Positions 12,057 to 22,122 of a stretch of 64,000 nt of DNA are shown here, piece after piece (the stretch's first letter is position 1; each line of letters starts with the position of its first letter). Position numbers and translations under genes: made by a program. Origin of the DNA: Cyanidioschyzon merolae (taxonomy: Eukaryota); the NCBI GenBank assembly GCA_000091205.1, contig AP006486.2; one strand, given 5' to 3'. The notes beneath the pieces were generated by a model. The model searched no databases, was not told the DNA's origin, and worked only from the letters and a program-made list of their open reading frames with translations.

Positions 12057-13328
12057 TCAATCGGAGTCTTCCAGTAGAAACGGGGGCACGCTCGCCAGCA
12101 CACCACCAACTGTCTGGAGCGGTGACCACGGCGCTTGTGTCGCCTGTACATCATCGGACAAGCGGCTGCGCGCTCCCCATTCATCAACTGAAACTGAACG
12201 TCGAAGTAGGAACATCGGATCCCTATCTATTTTTGCAAGTAGTTGCTCTAGCAGTTCAACATCATTCACACTGCCCATGTATGCAGGTACGCGTTCGTGC
12301 AGCGTCGTTGGTCGTCGATCAAAAAGCGCCAGTCTTCCATCCGTAGCCCGACCTCCTGCCTGCTCTACCAGGAATGCCAATGGTCCCGCCTCGTACAGGA
12401 GCTTCAGATGGCCCTGCGGTTGGGCGGTGCATGGCGGATACAGCAGTACACCGCCGTACAGCATCACGCGATGCAGGTCTGCAACCATGGAGCCAGTCCT
12501 TCGTAGGGAACGTCGTTCTCCATTCAAAGAAACCGATTCCTTAAATCGATGCAAAGCGCTTCGCAGGTCGGCATCCCACAGGGACTCGCTTCCTTCATCC
12601 AGACTGTACCAGTGCCCGCAGATCGGTATGCGGACTTGTGGCGAGGTTCGAATCCACTCATTCATAGCTCCATCGAGGGTGAAAGCTTGCACCCCAGCGC
12701 CAAGTGACACATACAGCAATACCGCTGGACCATAGAGTGCATAACCTGCACCAACTAGTTGCCGTGCGGGCTGCAACACATCGCGTGGGTTGAATTCGTC
12801 CCCTTGCGTGTCGCTCTGACCTAGTTGGCGAAAAATGCCGAAAATAGCGCCCATCTCTCCACACGGCGGCTGCGCTCGTCCTGTTAGTGGGTCAAACACA
12901 ACCACAAACTTGCCCTGTGTGGCGTTATCTATCACAAGCGGTTCGGGGTCGTCCTCGCTTACCAGCACGCAGCTGCGCTGGCTCGCTACCAGCTCTTCGA
13001 CCCAGACGCGGTTCGCTGCTTGCTCGAGGCTAGCGGCACTGAGATGCTTCTCGTGAGGCCGAGCCCCAGCCGACAGACCTTGTCTACGAACCAGGACTCC
13101 AACACGCTTCACCGCAACGCTTATCGCCATGAACACGGCAACCAGGTCGAGCCAGGCATCGTAGACTGGAAACTGACGATGGTCTTCACCAGTGCAGCAC
13201 TCCACGTTTTCCAGCACGTTCAACGCATGTCGCAACTGACTCAGGTATTGTATGAGAGAACTGGTCTCAGTTCCCATGCAAGCGTACGTTTGTGCGTCTC
13301 GTGACGCTACCGAGCCCCGCCACTGCAC
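12057..13328 (-). CDS. Fructose-1,6-bisphosphatase (cytosolic type, no redox regulatory loop), with N- and C-terminal extensions
   Basis: Matches FBPase across its length: SQRSCVLVSEDDPEPLV, KFVVVFDPLTG, GAIFGIFR, LQPARQLVGAGYALYGPAV, RTGSMVADLHRVMLYGGVLLYP and GHLKLLYEAGPLAFLVEQAGGRATDG (compare [21 protein letters not shown]). About 60 extra C-terminal residues and an odd segment near the N-terminus may mean that unspliced introns are included in the ORF. Confidence 0.88.
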   Translation of the reverse strand: MQWRGSVASRDAQTYACMGTETSSLIQYLSQLRHALNVLENVECCTGEDHRQFPVYDAWLDLVAVFMAISVAVKRVGVLVRRQGLSAGARPHEKHLSAASLEQAANRVWVEELVASQRSCVLVSEDDPEPLVIDNATQGKFVVVFDPLTGRAQPPCGEMGAIFGIFRQLGQSDTQGDEFNPRDVLQPARQLVGAGYALYGPAVLLYVSLGAGVQAFTLDGAMNEWIRTSPQVRIPICGHWYSLDEGSESLWDADLRSALHRFKESVSLNGERRSLRRTGSMVADLHRVMLYGGVLLYPPCTAQPQGHLKLLYEAGPLAFLVEQAGGRATDGRLALFDRRPTTLHERVPAYMGSVNDVELLEQLLAKIDRDPMFLLRRSVSVDEWGARSRLSDDVQATQAPWSPLQTVGGVLASVPPFLLEDSD

Positions 13329-14225
13329 AGCAACGCAACCAACATCAACAACTGAGACAGTACAAGTCGTTCGGTTGGCACTGGTGCGCCCACGAAGTGC
13401 TGCGATTCTTTCACATGAATTCTGTTCCAGGTCCAGGTAGGGGTTCCCATTGCTTTTTCACGGATTATAGCAGATTTGTTGAAAGCGCGTTCATCTGAAG
13501 CGATAAAAAATCCAAGGCGAAGATATGAGCATGGTCGTTGGCGATCCCGGAGGCCCGTCATTGCCAGCTGCAGAAAAGCCAAAAATTCTCATGTCGTCGA
13601 TTTTCGATCGAAGAAGCGCAAATGACGAGGAGGAATACGACGACGAAAAAGCGGGGACGCAGACGATGACGGGTGCTTACCCGACGCGACGATCACGAGA
13701 ATACATTGGCACTGGGAGCACGACTTCGAGGAAACCATGCATGAATGCGTTCTATCAGTGTCACTGCGTACTTGGAGTTTCTGAACCGAGACTCGAACGC
13801 CGTCATTCAGTATCAGTCGCTGAGTGTACTGCATAACGGGCAAACACATTTGTTTGGTATTCAAAACACGGATTCTAACCTGCTTTCAGGTACAGCTTGG
13901 CGGTAGCGTGTCCACTGCAACGCGAGGAGCGCGCAGAGCATCGCCTACCACTCGGACGAGCTCGGGAAGCGAACCTCTGCCTCTGTCGACTGGGCAGGTG
14001 CCGTCAGGAAAAAGCGCCGCTCGGAGAGAGAGACGGTGATAGTCGGCTATCGGAAACAGGTACCGCTGGACCTGCTGAGCGAGTCGCTGTTCGACGAGCT
14101 TCACTGGTGCGGCGCAGCACCCGGGTCGAGGCAGTTTGCTTCACTGTGCGTGCTACACACTCGGTACCCGCCGTGCTCTGTGCAGCGCTGATTCATCACT
14201 GCACGGGTAAATTACAAAGCGGATC

Positions 14226-15137
14226 TTGGTTTGCGCTCAGCTGCGACTTAGTCTGGACTGGAAGGAAAACTCGTGTGCTTGGTGCGTGTGTGTCCGGGAA
14301 ACTTGTACCATTAGACCGCACGTACGGCATCGCGTTTCGTTGATGAACTGGATGTGGGAGACACCAGCGCTAGGGGCTGCAGTGGCGCTGGTAGTGTTCG
14401 CTGTCGCTGTTCGTGGTCTCCTCTTCAAGCGCGATCCGGAGACACGTGTACCCACGAGAACTGGGGCTGCGCTTCGCGAGGAGAACTCGTCACGGCCTCA
14501 GCGGCTGGTGCATGGACCGCCACTGCAGCCGCCAGTGTCGGAGACTTCGACGCCCCAGCGCGTGCTAGGTGCTCCTCGAGTGGTGATTACCATCGTAGAG
14601 GAGGTTACATCCAAGTCCCTGTGGGTGCACGGAGAGAGCCTCGACTGGGCGCCCTGGGTTCCAGAATGGTTTCGACGACTTGCACTGCTTCACTTTGTAG
14701 ATGTGTACTTCATTCTACGCGTTCGAAACGATCAGGATTGCTCTCTATGGTACCAGCAGGTTGGCGCCTTGTGTCGTTCTCCTGCAGGACAGATTCTGGA
14801 TGAGCGTAAGTTTCTGGTTTGTGACACCGCCGCTGGAGCAGCAGCGATGGTTCGTCAGCTGGAGCCTTCTCTGCATTTGGAAAGCCTGCGGCTTGCATCG
14901 GAATGTGCAGTTCGCCTGCATCGCTTCATTCCAAAAATCATTATCCTGGCTCATGAACCAGAACACACAGGAATCGAACCGTCTACAGTCTTGGAGCAGT
15001 TTACGCGTCATGATACGCAAAGGGCACCGTTTCGGACTGCAGTGGCCGTGCTGGATGACCCCATGGCAATGTTTGCGAATCCGCTATGGCAAGAGGTTGA
15101 ACTCCAGGTCAGAGCCGGGATCCAGTGCCCCCGATGA
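14226..15137 (+). CDS. Hypothetical protein, possibly membrane-anchored (a hydrophobic segment follows MNWMWETPALGAAVALVVFAVAV)
   Basis: 303-aa ORF with no recognisable domain. Called only because of its length in GC-rich DNA, and it could be spurious. Confidence 0.3.
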   Translation: MVCAQLRLSLDWKENSCAWCVCVRETCTIRPHVRHRVSLMNWMWETPALGAAVALVVFAVAVRGLLFKRDPETRVPTRTGAALREENSSRPQRLVHGPPLQPPVSETSTPQRVLGAPRVVITIVEEVTSKSLWVHGESLDWAPWVPEWFRRLALLHFVDVYFILRVRNDQDCSLWYQQVGALCRSPAGQILDERKFLVCDTAAGAAAMVRQLEPSLHLESLRLASECAVRLHRFIPKIIILAHEPEHTGIEPSTVLEQFTRHDTQRAPFRTAVAVLDDPMAMFANPLWQEVELQVRAGIQCPR

Positions 15138-16871
15138 TCAAGCTATCGTTTATCGTGATTGCGTTGTTAGCTGAGAGGTATCTTCAAATTTGAAGAATGT
15201 TGATTGATGATTCAGTGCTGAAAGGTTTGTAGAGCGCCTCCGAATGGCGCTATCTGTTCCAGCTAATCGATACTTTTTCGGGTCCGTGACGGTCAACGAG
15301 TCGATTTCGGGGAGAGGTCAGGATGTTTGGTATGCCCAGGCGAGCGTGTCCTCTGTCCATAGAGAGTGTGTTGGTGTTGTCTCAGATAAGCAGGATGCTC
15401 TTCATCGATACCATCGCAACTATGCAGGGGAATAGCAGTAGCAATCCAGCTACGATCCAGGCACCCAGCGTGCTCAATGGCAACACAACGACTTGCTGCT
15501 AGTGATTGCCAGTCCCGCGAATCCGTAATGACTGCAGGCCTGCTGCGGCTTGGGAATCGATATGGCGTAAGGAAAACGCATAGCATGATGATCGGTTTCA
15601 TGGTCCGAGAGAAAAGCATACACGGTAGCTTGTGCGCTTGTCGAGGTATACTCAGTAGTTCCAATGTGTGGAACATCATGAACGTGTACCTATTGCACTG
15701 TACATACATCTCCAGTGCGAACAGGCTGCGCTCCATGTATCTGGACTGCTGAACCCGAACATACCGATACTTCGAACCAGGCGCCACGCGAATGCCCATT
15801 GCATTGACCACTGATGTTTCATAGCGGATGTCTACAGCAATTCAGTACAATGCCAATGAAGCGTACGAAACAAGTCCCTGGAGAGCTCGCTCGACGCCGT
15901 GCGATCAGGCGCTGTGGAGACATTCCATATTTCTGGATGCTGATCGAGGCACTACTACCTCGATGCAGCAAGTGCTTGCGCACTCGGTTGCTCGTGGAAT
16001 CACACCACAGAAGCCGTCCGACTTTCCATTGCCTGGCCAGCTGGGGTTTCGGCACCTTCCCGTCCAGCATCTCGTGCGACTAGCTCTGATGAAGGCACAT
16101 CTTCTGTGACTGGTACACCGGGTACCGATATTCCCCGTGCGTCAATGGCTTTCTGTACGCATCGGAGGCAATCGTACGGAATCTATTCCGTCACACACAC
16201 ACACACACCTCAATGGAACGCTCTGACCTACAGGCAGGAGTGCTGCCTCTGCACCGCACAACACATCCAGTGCTGTACGCTACGGCACAATGACACGAAC
16301 GCTCGGTCACTTGCTTTCGCTACTCATGGACGCAGCTGGTGAACGCTCACTCCTTGCCTCCGTCCAACAGAAAAGAGACCGTTGCCGAGCCCGGCGCAGT
16401 CGTATGTCCTCCGGCTCGAAAAATCGTCTGCATGAGGAATGAACGCTTCTGCACAGTCCCTGAATGGAGCGTACGAAGCATCCGCCGCTGCTCGATACGG
16501 TGCTCAGGGCGTCGAGACGGGCCCAGACACAGTCATGCTGCTGGCTCGTTTGCATGCTGGCGAGCATTCCGAACCCCGGCGCAGGTGAAAAGCATCATGT
16601 GCTTGCACGACTCTCCCGAGGAAAGTGCACCTAAACACTGCGTCGGTCGCCGCTGTCCCTGGAGAGCTCTCCCCGTGTACCCCTATTCATCGAGATACGA
16701 GGAGCGAGGCCCGCCAATGCATTTCGTAAAGCAGCTCGAATGCTGCACACGTGCTCCCAGAGACTAGCAGTAGACCTCTCGCAGCGCAGTGCATCCAGTA
16801 GCCAAGTATCTGTGGGCACGGAATGGGCCCTGCAGCGACGCCCCGGGAGCGCCGCCAACAGCTGCCGTTGG

Positions 16872-17013
16872 GGGCTAGCGCACTCGCACTCCGGGCATCC
16901 ATCTGCGCTGGGCTGGGGAGCGCACTCGCACTCCGGGCATCCATCTGCGCTGGGCTGGGGAGCGCACTCGAACTCCGGGCATCCATCTGCGCTGGGCTGG
17001 GGAGCGCGCTTCA
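16872..17013. repeat. 48-bp minisatellite, about 3 tandem copies (unit gcgcactcgcactccgggcatccatctgcgctgggctggggagc)
   Basis: The direct tandem repetition is visible in the sequence. It produces the repeated CAPQPSADGCPECE peptide in a spurious minus-strand ORF. Confidence 0.85.
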
Positions 17014-19753
17014 GGAAAGCGTCGTCGCGTGAGCTACGGGCAAGGAACGCAAGCATCCCATTCCAACCGTGTTACGGGCATGACGTTCGTGGATCCGAGG
17101 CCGCGAGCCGCACCAAGCGCTTCATCGATCCGAAGCGACACTCGCTCCGATCCCGACGTTTCTTCTGAGGGTTTTCTCTACGAGCTCGGGCTCTTCCGCC
17201 GCCAGCAGCGAGTCACTCGCTTTCATCGACATTGCGAGAATCGCCTGCACCAGCTCCGACTTTCCTGGTCCGTTATGCTCGGGATGATCATGCCCACAGG
17301 TTGTGCTTCTTAGAGGACTGGTCATTGGTGAGCGTATGCTTTTGCGGTGTTTTTCTGAGGATCATTGGACGCTTCTCGGCACATCCGTCGTAGACGTTTT
17401 CTTCGATCGCCGATGTGGTGCTGCGACGCCAGGGGGCACTCTGAGCAGCGAAAATGCAAATCCCTGATCCCACGATCAGTGCGTATTGCATCTCCTGCCC
17501 GTGCATCAACTGTGTTACCAGGTGAATGTTTGACAGAAAAATCCAGCAGAAGAAGAGGGACAGCTGGCAACCCTGCGTTGGGATCCCCACGAAGCAGCTG
17601 CCTGACGAAGCATGTCAAGGCGAGTGCATCTAGGCGAGCCGTCCTCGGGTAAGAAGCTATCCAAGCCCCACGGCCTCCTGTATCTCGGCTTTTTCGAAAA
17701 TTCTTCCCGTGGATCTGTTTCAGGTGGAGTGCCTTGAGAAGGGTTTCAGAAATATCTTTCCTCTTCGGTATTTCTCATACGTCTCTCTTCCTAGGAATTG
17801 TCTTTCCCTTCTTCGTTCAGTTGCTTGGTCCTTTTATTCATCTGCGGCTTGTCGTTGACATCGCGGTGTAGCGAGAATGTGATCCCTCTAATCTGTATCG
17901 ATTTTGTTCATGGGGATTCATAGCCACTGATTTCACTGTTCCGCTGAAACTCACCTGTATTCTAGACGTATATACCTGCTTTTCGGAAACTGCATCTTCG
18001 TCACGTCCTCCGTTGTGATGACGTCTATGAGCAGAGGCGCGGCATGGCGCTCCTTATCCCACGCCTGCAGAGACGCAAAGAGCCATTCAGTGCTGGAAAA
18101 CTTTGTAGAGAACGGCATGTTGAATAACTGTGTCAAAGAGGCGAACGTATCATCTATTGACCCGTGAGTGTTAGCTTGGCATATGATAACAGAGCGGACA
18201 GCTTGGACTCGACTGAGCCAGGGAACATCGAGGCGTAAGAAGAGCAGCGTACCTGGAGTCACAGCTGCGTAATCCTTGACAGCTTTCAAGTGATGGAACG
18301 CAACATATTCGAACAGCGGCACAAAAAATGTGGGAAGCAGGAGGCATGAAGCTTGCCCCGATGAAAGGCAAAGTACTGAATGATCATGACCGCATGGCAA
18401 CTCGTCGGCGACTATACGATAGAATCGCCGCTAGGTCTGACATTGTCCTCATTCTCGGATGACTCCTGTTTGCAACCAGCGGTCGATGCTTTTTTTTTCG
18501 TTCGCAAGCCGGCCACTGCTTCTCTCAAACAGCGTCCCATCGAGTTTGACGAATACCGTTCGATCCGGTGATGAGCACTCGCGCTTTCGTTCGAGATCGA
18601 TAGACGGTTACTGAACGCACGACTGCCTCCCGCAGAAGCGTACTTGTTTCTTTGTCCACCCGGGTCGCTTCATCATAATTCGCATTAAAGATGCCGAAGC
18701 TTCACGGTACGGCGCTATTTCGGTAGTATTCTTTCGCTAAGGTTAGAGATTGACTTGGATGGACAAGGAAAAATTCATGTACATGGAGTTTGCTTTGCTC
18801 TGTCTTGGTTGTACGAGGTCAAGCATCAACACTAGGAGAAGCGGGCGTCATCCACCTGCGGATGGTAGAATAACTTTCTTCCAGCATTAAGAGCGTTTCC
18901 CTCCCAAGCAAGCAATAGTAGCGTACGTTCTTGTCGTGGCATTTCTCGAATCACCAGAATACATTGCTTTTGTTGAATACGTGAGAGAAAATCAACCGAG
19001 AACGTAGAGAGTGTGCAGGTGCATGTGTTCGAGCATCCCCCGTTCTGAGTATAACGCAGCTGACGCTGGGCATATACGTACATGCTTGAGCACCCGCAGC
19101 TGCCACCTCTGCTTGCTGATTCGTCTCACATCTCTAAAGTGACCTTGGTACGCGTCGACAAGCGTATCGCATCACCAAAGCGAAGTGATCTCGATTCGTC
19201 GATGCGTCTTAGACCCCTTACGTGACCTGGGCACTAGCACATACGCACATCGCATCTCTATATCGCTCTTGCTCAATTCCGAAGCAGTGCTGCTAGGTTA
19301 CAGGGTCCATCGTCCCGCTGATGAACTGACTATGGGCATCGAAATCAACAAAAGTGCAGCTCGTTGCAGTATGCAGCTTCCCGAGCCAATCGCCCTACAT
19401 ACCATGGCAAAGCAAGCGCTCACTTTACTGGTCAGGGAACCCTCGTTGCATATGAGGGAGAAAGGTCGCAAGAAACCCATATTGCAAGGCTGTGTCTGCA
19501 ATCCTCAAGCGGAACGCTTCATGACATAACAACACATATCGCATGCGGAATGAACGTGCACCGACCTCCTGACCTTGAATACAATACGACATTCAGAAGC
19601 AAGAGTACACCAACGAAACGGTACCAACTGAAGATGCTTGGATAAAGCTGGTATCGACCTTGATCATCCGCGACGGCATGCAGCGCTTCACGATAAGGCA
19701 GCAGCACGCGCCGCAGTGCCTTCCTCGTCACTGGGCATCCAGCAGGACTCGGG

Positions 19754-21814
19754 CTAGGGCGTCGACCTCCAGTACACGTCCAGGGCGAGCCTCGAACGGA
19801 TCCAGGGGCGTAGTGCCTCATCGCGTCGTCCCTGAATGGACAAATGCGCGCTCCAGTGCGGAAACAGCTCACTTTTGCGGTAAAGCTGACTCCAATTCGT
19901 TGGCACGGGATACCCGCGGGGAACAGCAATTACGATGTCACCCGACGCTTGGCTTGTACGCATTTTGGCGTCCGTTGTTAAAGATGTTGTTGCGTTCTCG
20001 TATGCACGCACCGCTATGGAGGATGCCAATTCAAGCTCCGTGTAGTAGTGCAGAAACGCCGGTGACGGGGCACGCAGATGATGTACCTGCACAGAGGCTA
20101 AAGGTCCCGTAAACAGCATCCGCGGTGGCATATCCGTATGCACGTAGATCACGTGCTCAGGTTGCAGACCCGTCTTGAAAAGGTACATAGGGAGCAGAGC
20201 GAGACCAGCTTCGCGGCAAAATATCATGAACAGCAGCACAAGAACATGATGGACTACAACAATCATGCAGAAAAAGCTTCGGAGTGCTCCAGCGCCAGCA
20301 TGTTGAGCGTTAAGTAAGCTGAACATCACGAGTCCCAGACAGGGCGCTACGAGCCGAGGCCAATCTCGTTCAAGCTGCACACTGTAGCAAGCGAGGCCTA
20401 CAAGCGCTACCCATAGCCACGGTTCTGCCATGGTGATCACTATGTTTGTGGGTCGTCTCCAGTCAGTGCCGCCCTTTGGTGAAGGTCTCGAAAAACGACG
20501 CAACGAGCTCCGCGGTCGCTTTTGTTCGGAGCTGCGGTATAACATACAGCGGTTACGACGCTCCCCAAAGGCGATCTCGAAGCAACCGTACACGACGGAC
20601 AGGGCGTGTGGACCAAGCATCCACGGCAGTGTATTCCATACAAAGTCCAAACGGTAGCGGTATTGGAAACGCCACAAACCAAGCATACCCATCCGGAATG
20701 TCTGCACTGACAATACAGCTGTCCAGTGGCTAGCAATGTCCGCAAGCATCTGCCAGTCTATACGGTTCGCGAGTACATCCGCAAGTGCAGCAAGCGTCCG
20801 GAGCACGATGAAAAAGCCCAGCACGAAACCGCTACGCTGGGTTGCAGGCCTCCGTCGATACACGCGAGCCGACGTAGCCGTCTGCTGATGATCTGAAAAT
20901 GCGACTGCAAACAGTGGGAGAGTGTACAGCATACTCGACGGAGAAACGCACGCAGCATAAATGGCGAAAAAGAGGCAGAGGCGTTCCAGAAGTTGCGCGC
21001 TCTTGCGAAACGAGTTCCCAGCTGACTGCGATGCCTTGCCAGTTATTCGGCTAACGTTGTGCCACATACAAATGGACAGTACCGCCAGTACCTCGAAGGC
21101 CTCCTTGCTGGGTTGCAGTAAGAGCACTGCTGAGGGCCAAGACCAAATGGTGCCGATATACAACCAGCGCAGCGAGGATGCATTGGGGATGCTGTCCAGA
21201 CAAGACCACAAGGCCCATTCAAACAAAGCGATGAGCGGTTGCATGAAGGCTACCGACGGTAGCTGGTGCAAGAGTCGCGGACTGAGTGCTGCACCTGCAG
21301 CTGCATATAGCGGGCGCAGCAGACAAGTCGCCAACAGCCAGGGCCAGCAAAAGAGCATCCACGCTGCGAGTTTCTCCGCGGAACGCTCGAAAAGTGTGTC
21401 TCCAACGACTTCGCTTCCTTGCTGAGCGCCAAATTGTGCGCCTTGTTCCAAGTTTAGCAGCTGGAGCGCGCCTTCAACCCGCAAACTTCCGGTCTCGATA
21501 GCCGGTGCTTGCACATCGGAGAACGCCCCCAAGCTATTCTCCGTACCAAGTCGCCTAAACTGGACAGGTACCCAGCCTTTTACACCCAGGAGACTCGATG
21601 CGACCCACTCAGCACCGTCTCGAAGCTTATGTCCGTCATATGGGTTGCCCGTACCGAGCGACAGCACGACGCGGAAACACCAGAGCGCAACTAGAAGCAC
21701 GTACCAGTGCGTCGCCCGTGTTCGTCCACGACTTGGAGTGTCGGCTGCTGCCTGTACTCGATGCGTGCCTGTTACGTCTGTCGACAGCGGTTTACAAGGG
21801 TGATGGCGAAGCAT
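19754..21814 (-). CDS. Polytopic membrane protein of unknown function (more than 10 predicted TM segments)
   Basis: 686-aa uninterrupted ORF with many hydrophobic ~20-aa segments (e.g. LAAWMLFCWPWLLATCLL, WLYIGTIWSWPSAVLLL, LCLFFAIYAACV, LWVALVGLACYSV, FFCMIVVVHHVLVLLFMIF). I could not assign a family. Confidence 0.6.
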   Translation of the reverse strand: MLRHHPCKPLSTDVTGTHRVQAAADTPSRGRTRATHWYVLLVALWCFRVVLSLGTGNPYDGHKLRDGAEWVASSLLGVKGWVPVQFRRLGTENSLGAFSDVQAPAIETGSLRVEGALQLLNLEQGAQFGAQQGSEVVGDTLFERSAEKLAAWMLFCWPWLLATCLLRPLYAAAGAALSPRLLHQLPSVAFMQPLIALFEWALWSCLDSIPNASSLRWLYIGTIWSWPSAVLLLQPSKEAFEVLAVLSICMWHNVSRITGKASQSAGNSFRKSAQLLERLCLFFAIYAACVSPSSMLYTLPLFAVAFSDHQQTATSARVYRRRPATQRSGFVLGFFIVLRTLAALADVLANRIDWQMLADIASHWTAVLSVQTFRMGMLGLWRFQYRYRLDFVWNTLPWMLGPHALSVVYGCFEIAFGERRNRCMLYRSSEQKRPRSSLRRFSRPSPKGGTDWRRPTNIVITMAEPWLWVALVGLACYSVQLERDWPRLVAPCLGLVMFSLLNAQHAGAGALRSFFCMIVVVHHVLVLLFMIFCREAGLALLPMYLFKTGLQPEHVIYVHTDMPPRMLFTGPLASVQVHHLRAPSPAFLHYYTELELASSIAVRAYENATTSLTTDAKMRTSQASGDIVIAVPRGYPVPTNWSQLYRKSELFPHWSAHLSIQGRRDEALRPWIRSRLALDVYWRSTP

Positions 21815-22071
21815 GCATCGTCGCGCTCACTACGTCACGCCAAGCGGTTTTCCAGTAACAAGCTGAATGCCAGCAAGTATGAGGACGACTGGCGAGCTTG
21901 CCGTTCGTTGCCAAGCTCGATCGTTTCGAGCCAAAACACCGAGGCAGCTCTGTCAGGACACGATGATGAGAGAGCGTTCCTGTCTTCAGAATTATCTATG
22001 CAGGCCGAGAGACCAGAATACTGTCAATCCGTACGTTCAGGCTATGTGGAGGTACTCCGAGCGATAAACGA

Positions 22072-22122
22072 ACGTCGTTGCGAACGTCGTTGCGAACGTC
22101 GTTGCGAACGTCGTTGCGAACG
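22072..22122. repeat. 12-bp tandem repeat (cgaacgtcgttg) x4
   Basis: Visible as a perfect tandem in the sequence. It yields RCER/RNDV repeat peptides in spurious ORFs on both strands. Confidence 0.8.

Noticed and set aside
11545-12735. 396-aa plus-strand ORF
   Set aside because: It lies exactly antisense to the well-supported FBPase gene. It is Arg/Ser/Cys-rich with no motif, and is the usual open antisense frame of a GC3-rich gene.
16631-17056. 141-aa ORF with the triple repeat CAPQPSADGCPECE
   Set aside because: It is the translation of the 48-bp minisatellite on the minus strand, with no flanking protein-like sequence.
17122-17325. NGPGKSELVQAIL looked like a P-loop/ABC Walker A
   Set aside because: The exact GxxxxGK[ST] spacing is not met, there is no ABC signature or Walker B nearby, and the ORF is short (67 aa).
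20961-21425. 154-aa plus-strand ORF, and other ORFs inside 19754..21814
   Set aside because: They are antisense to the 686-aa membrane-protein ORF and have low-complexity composition.
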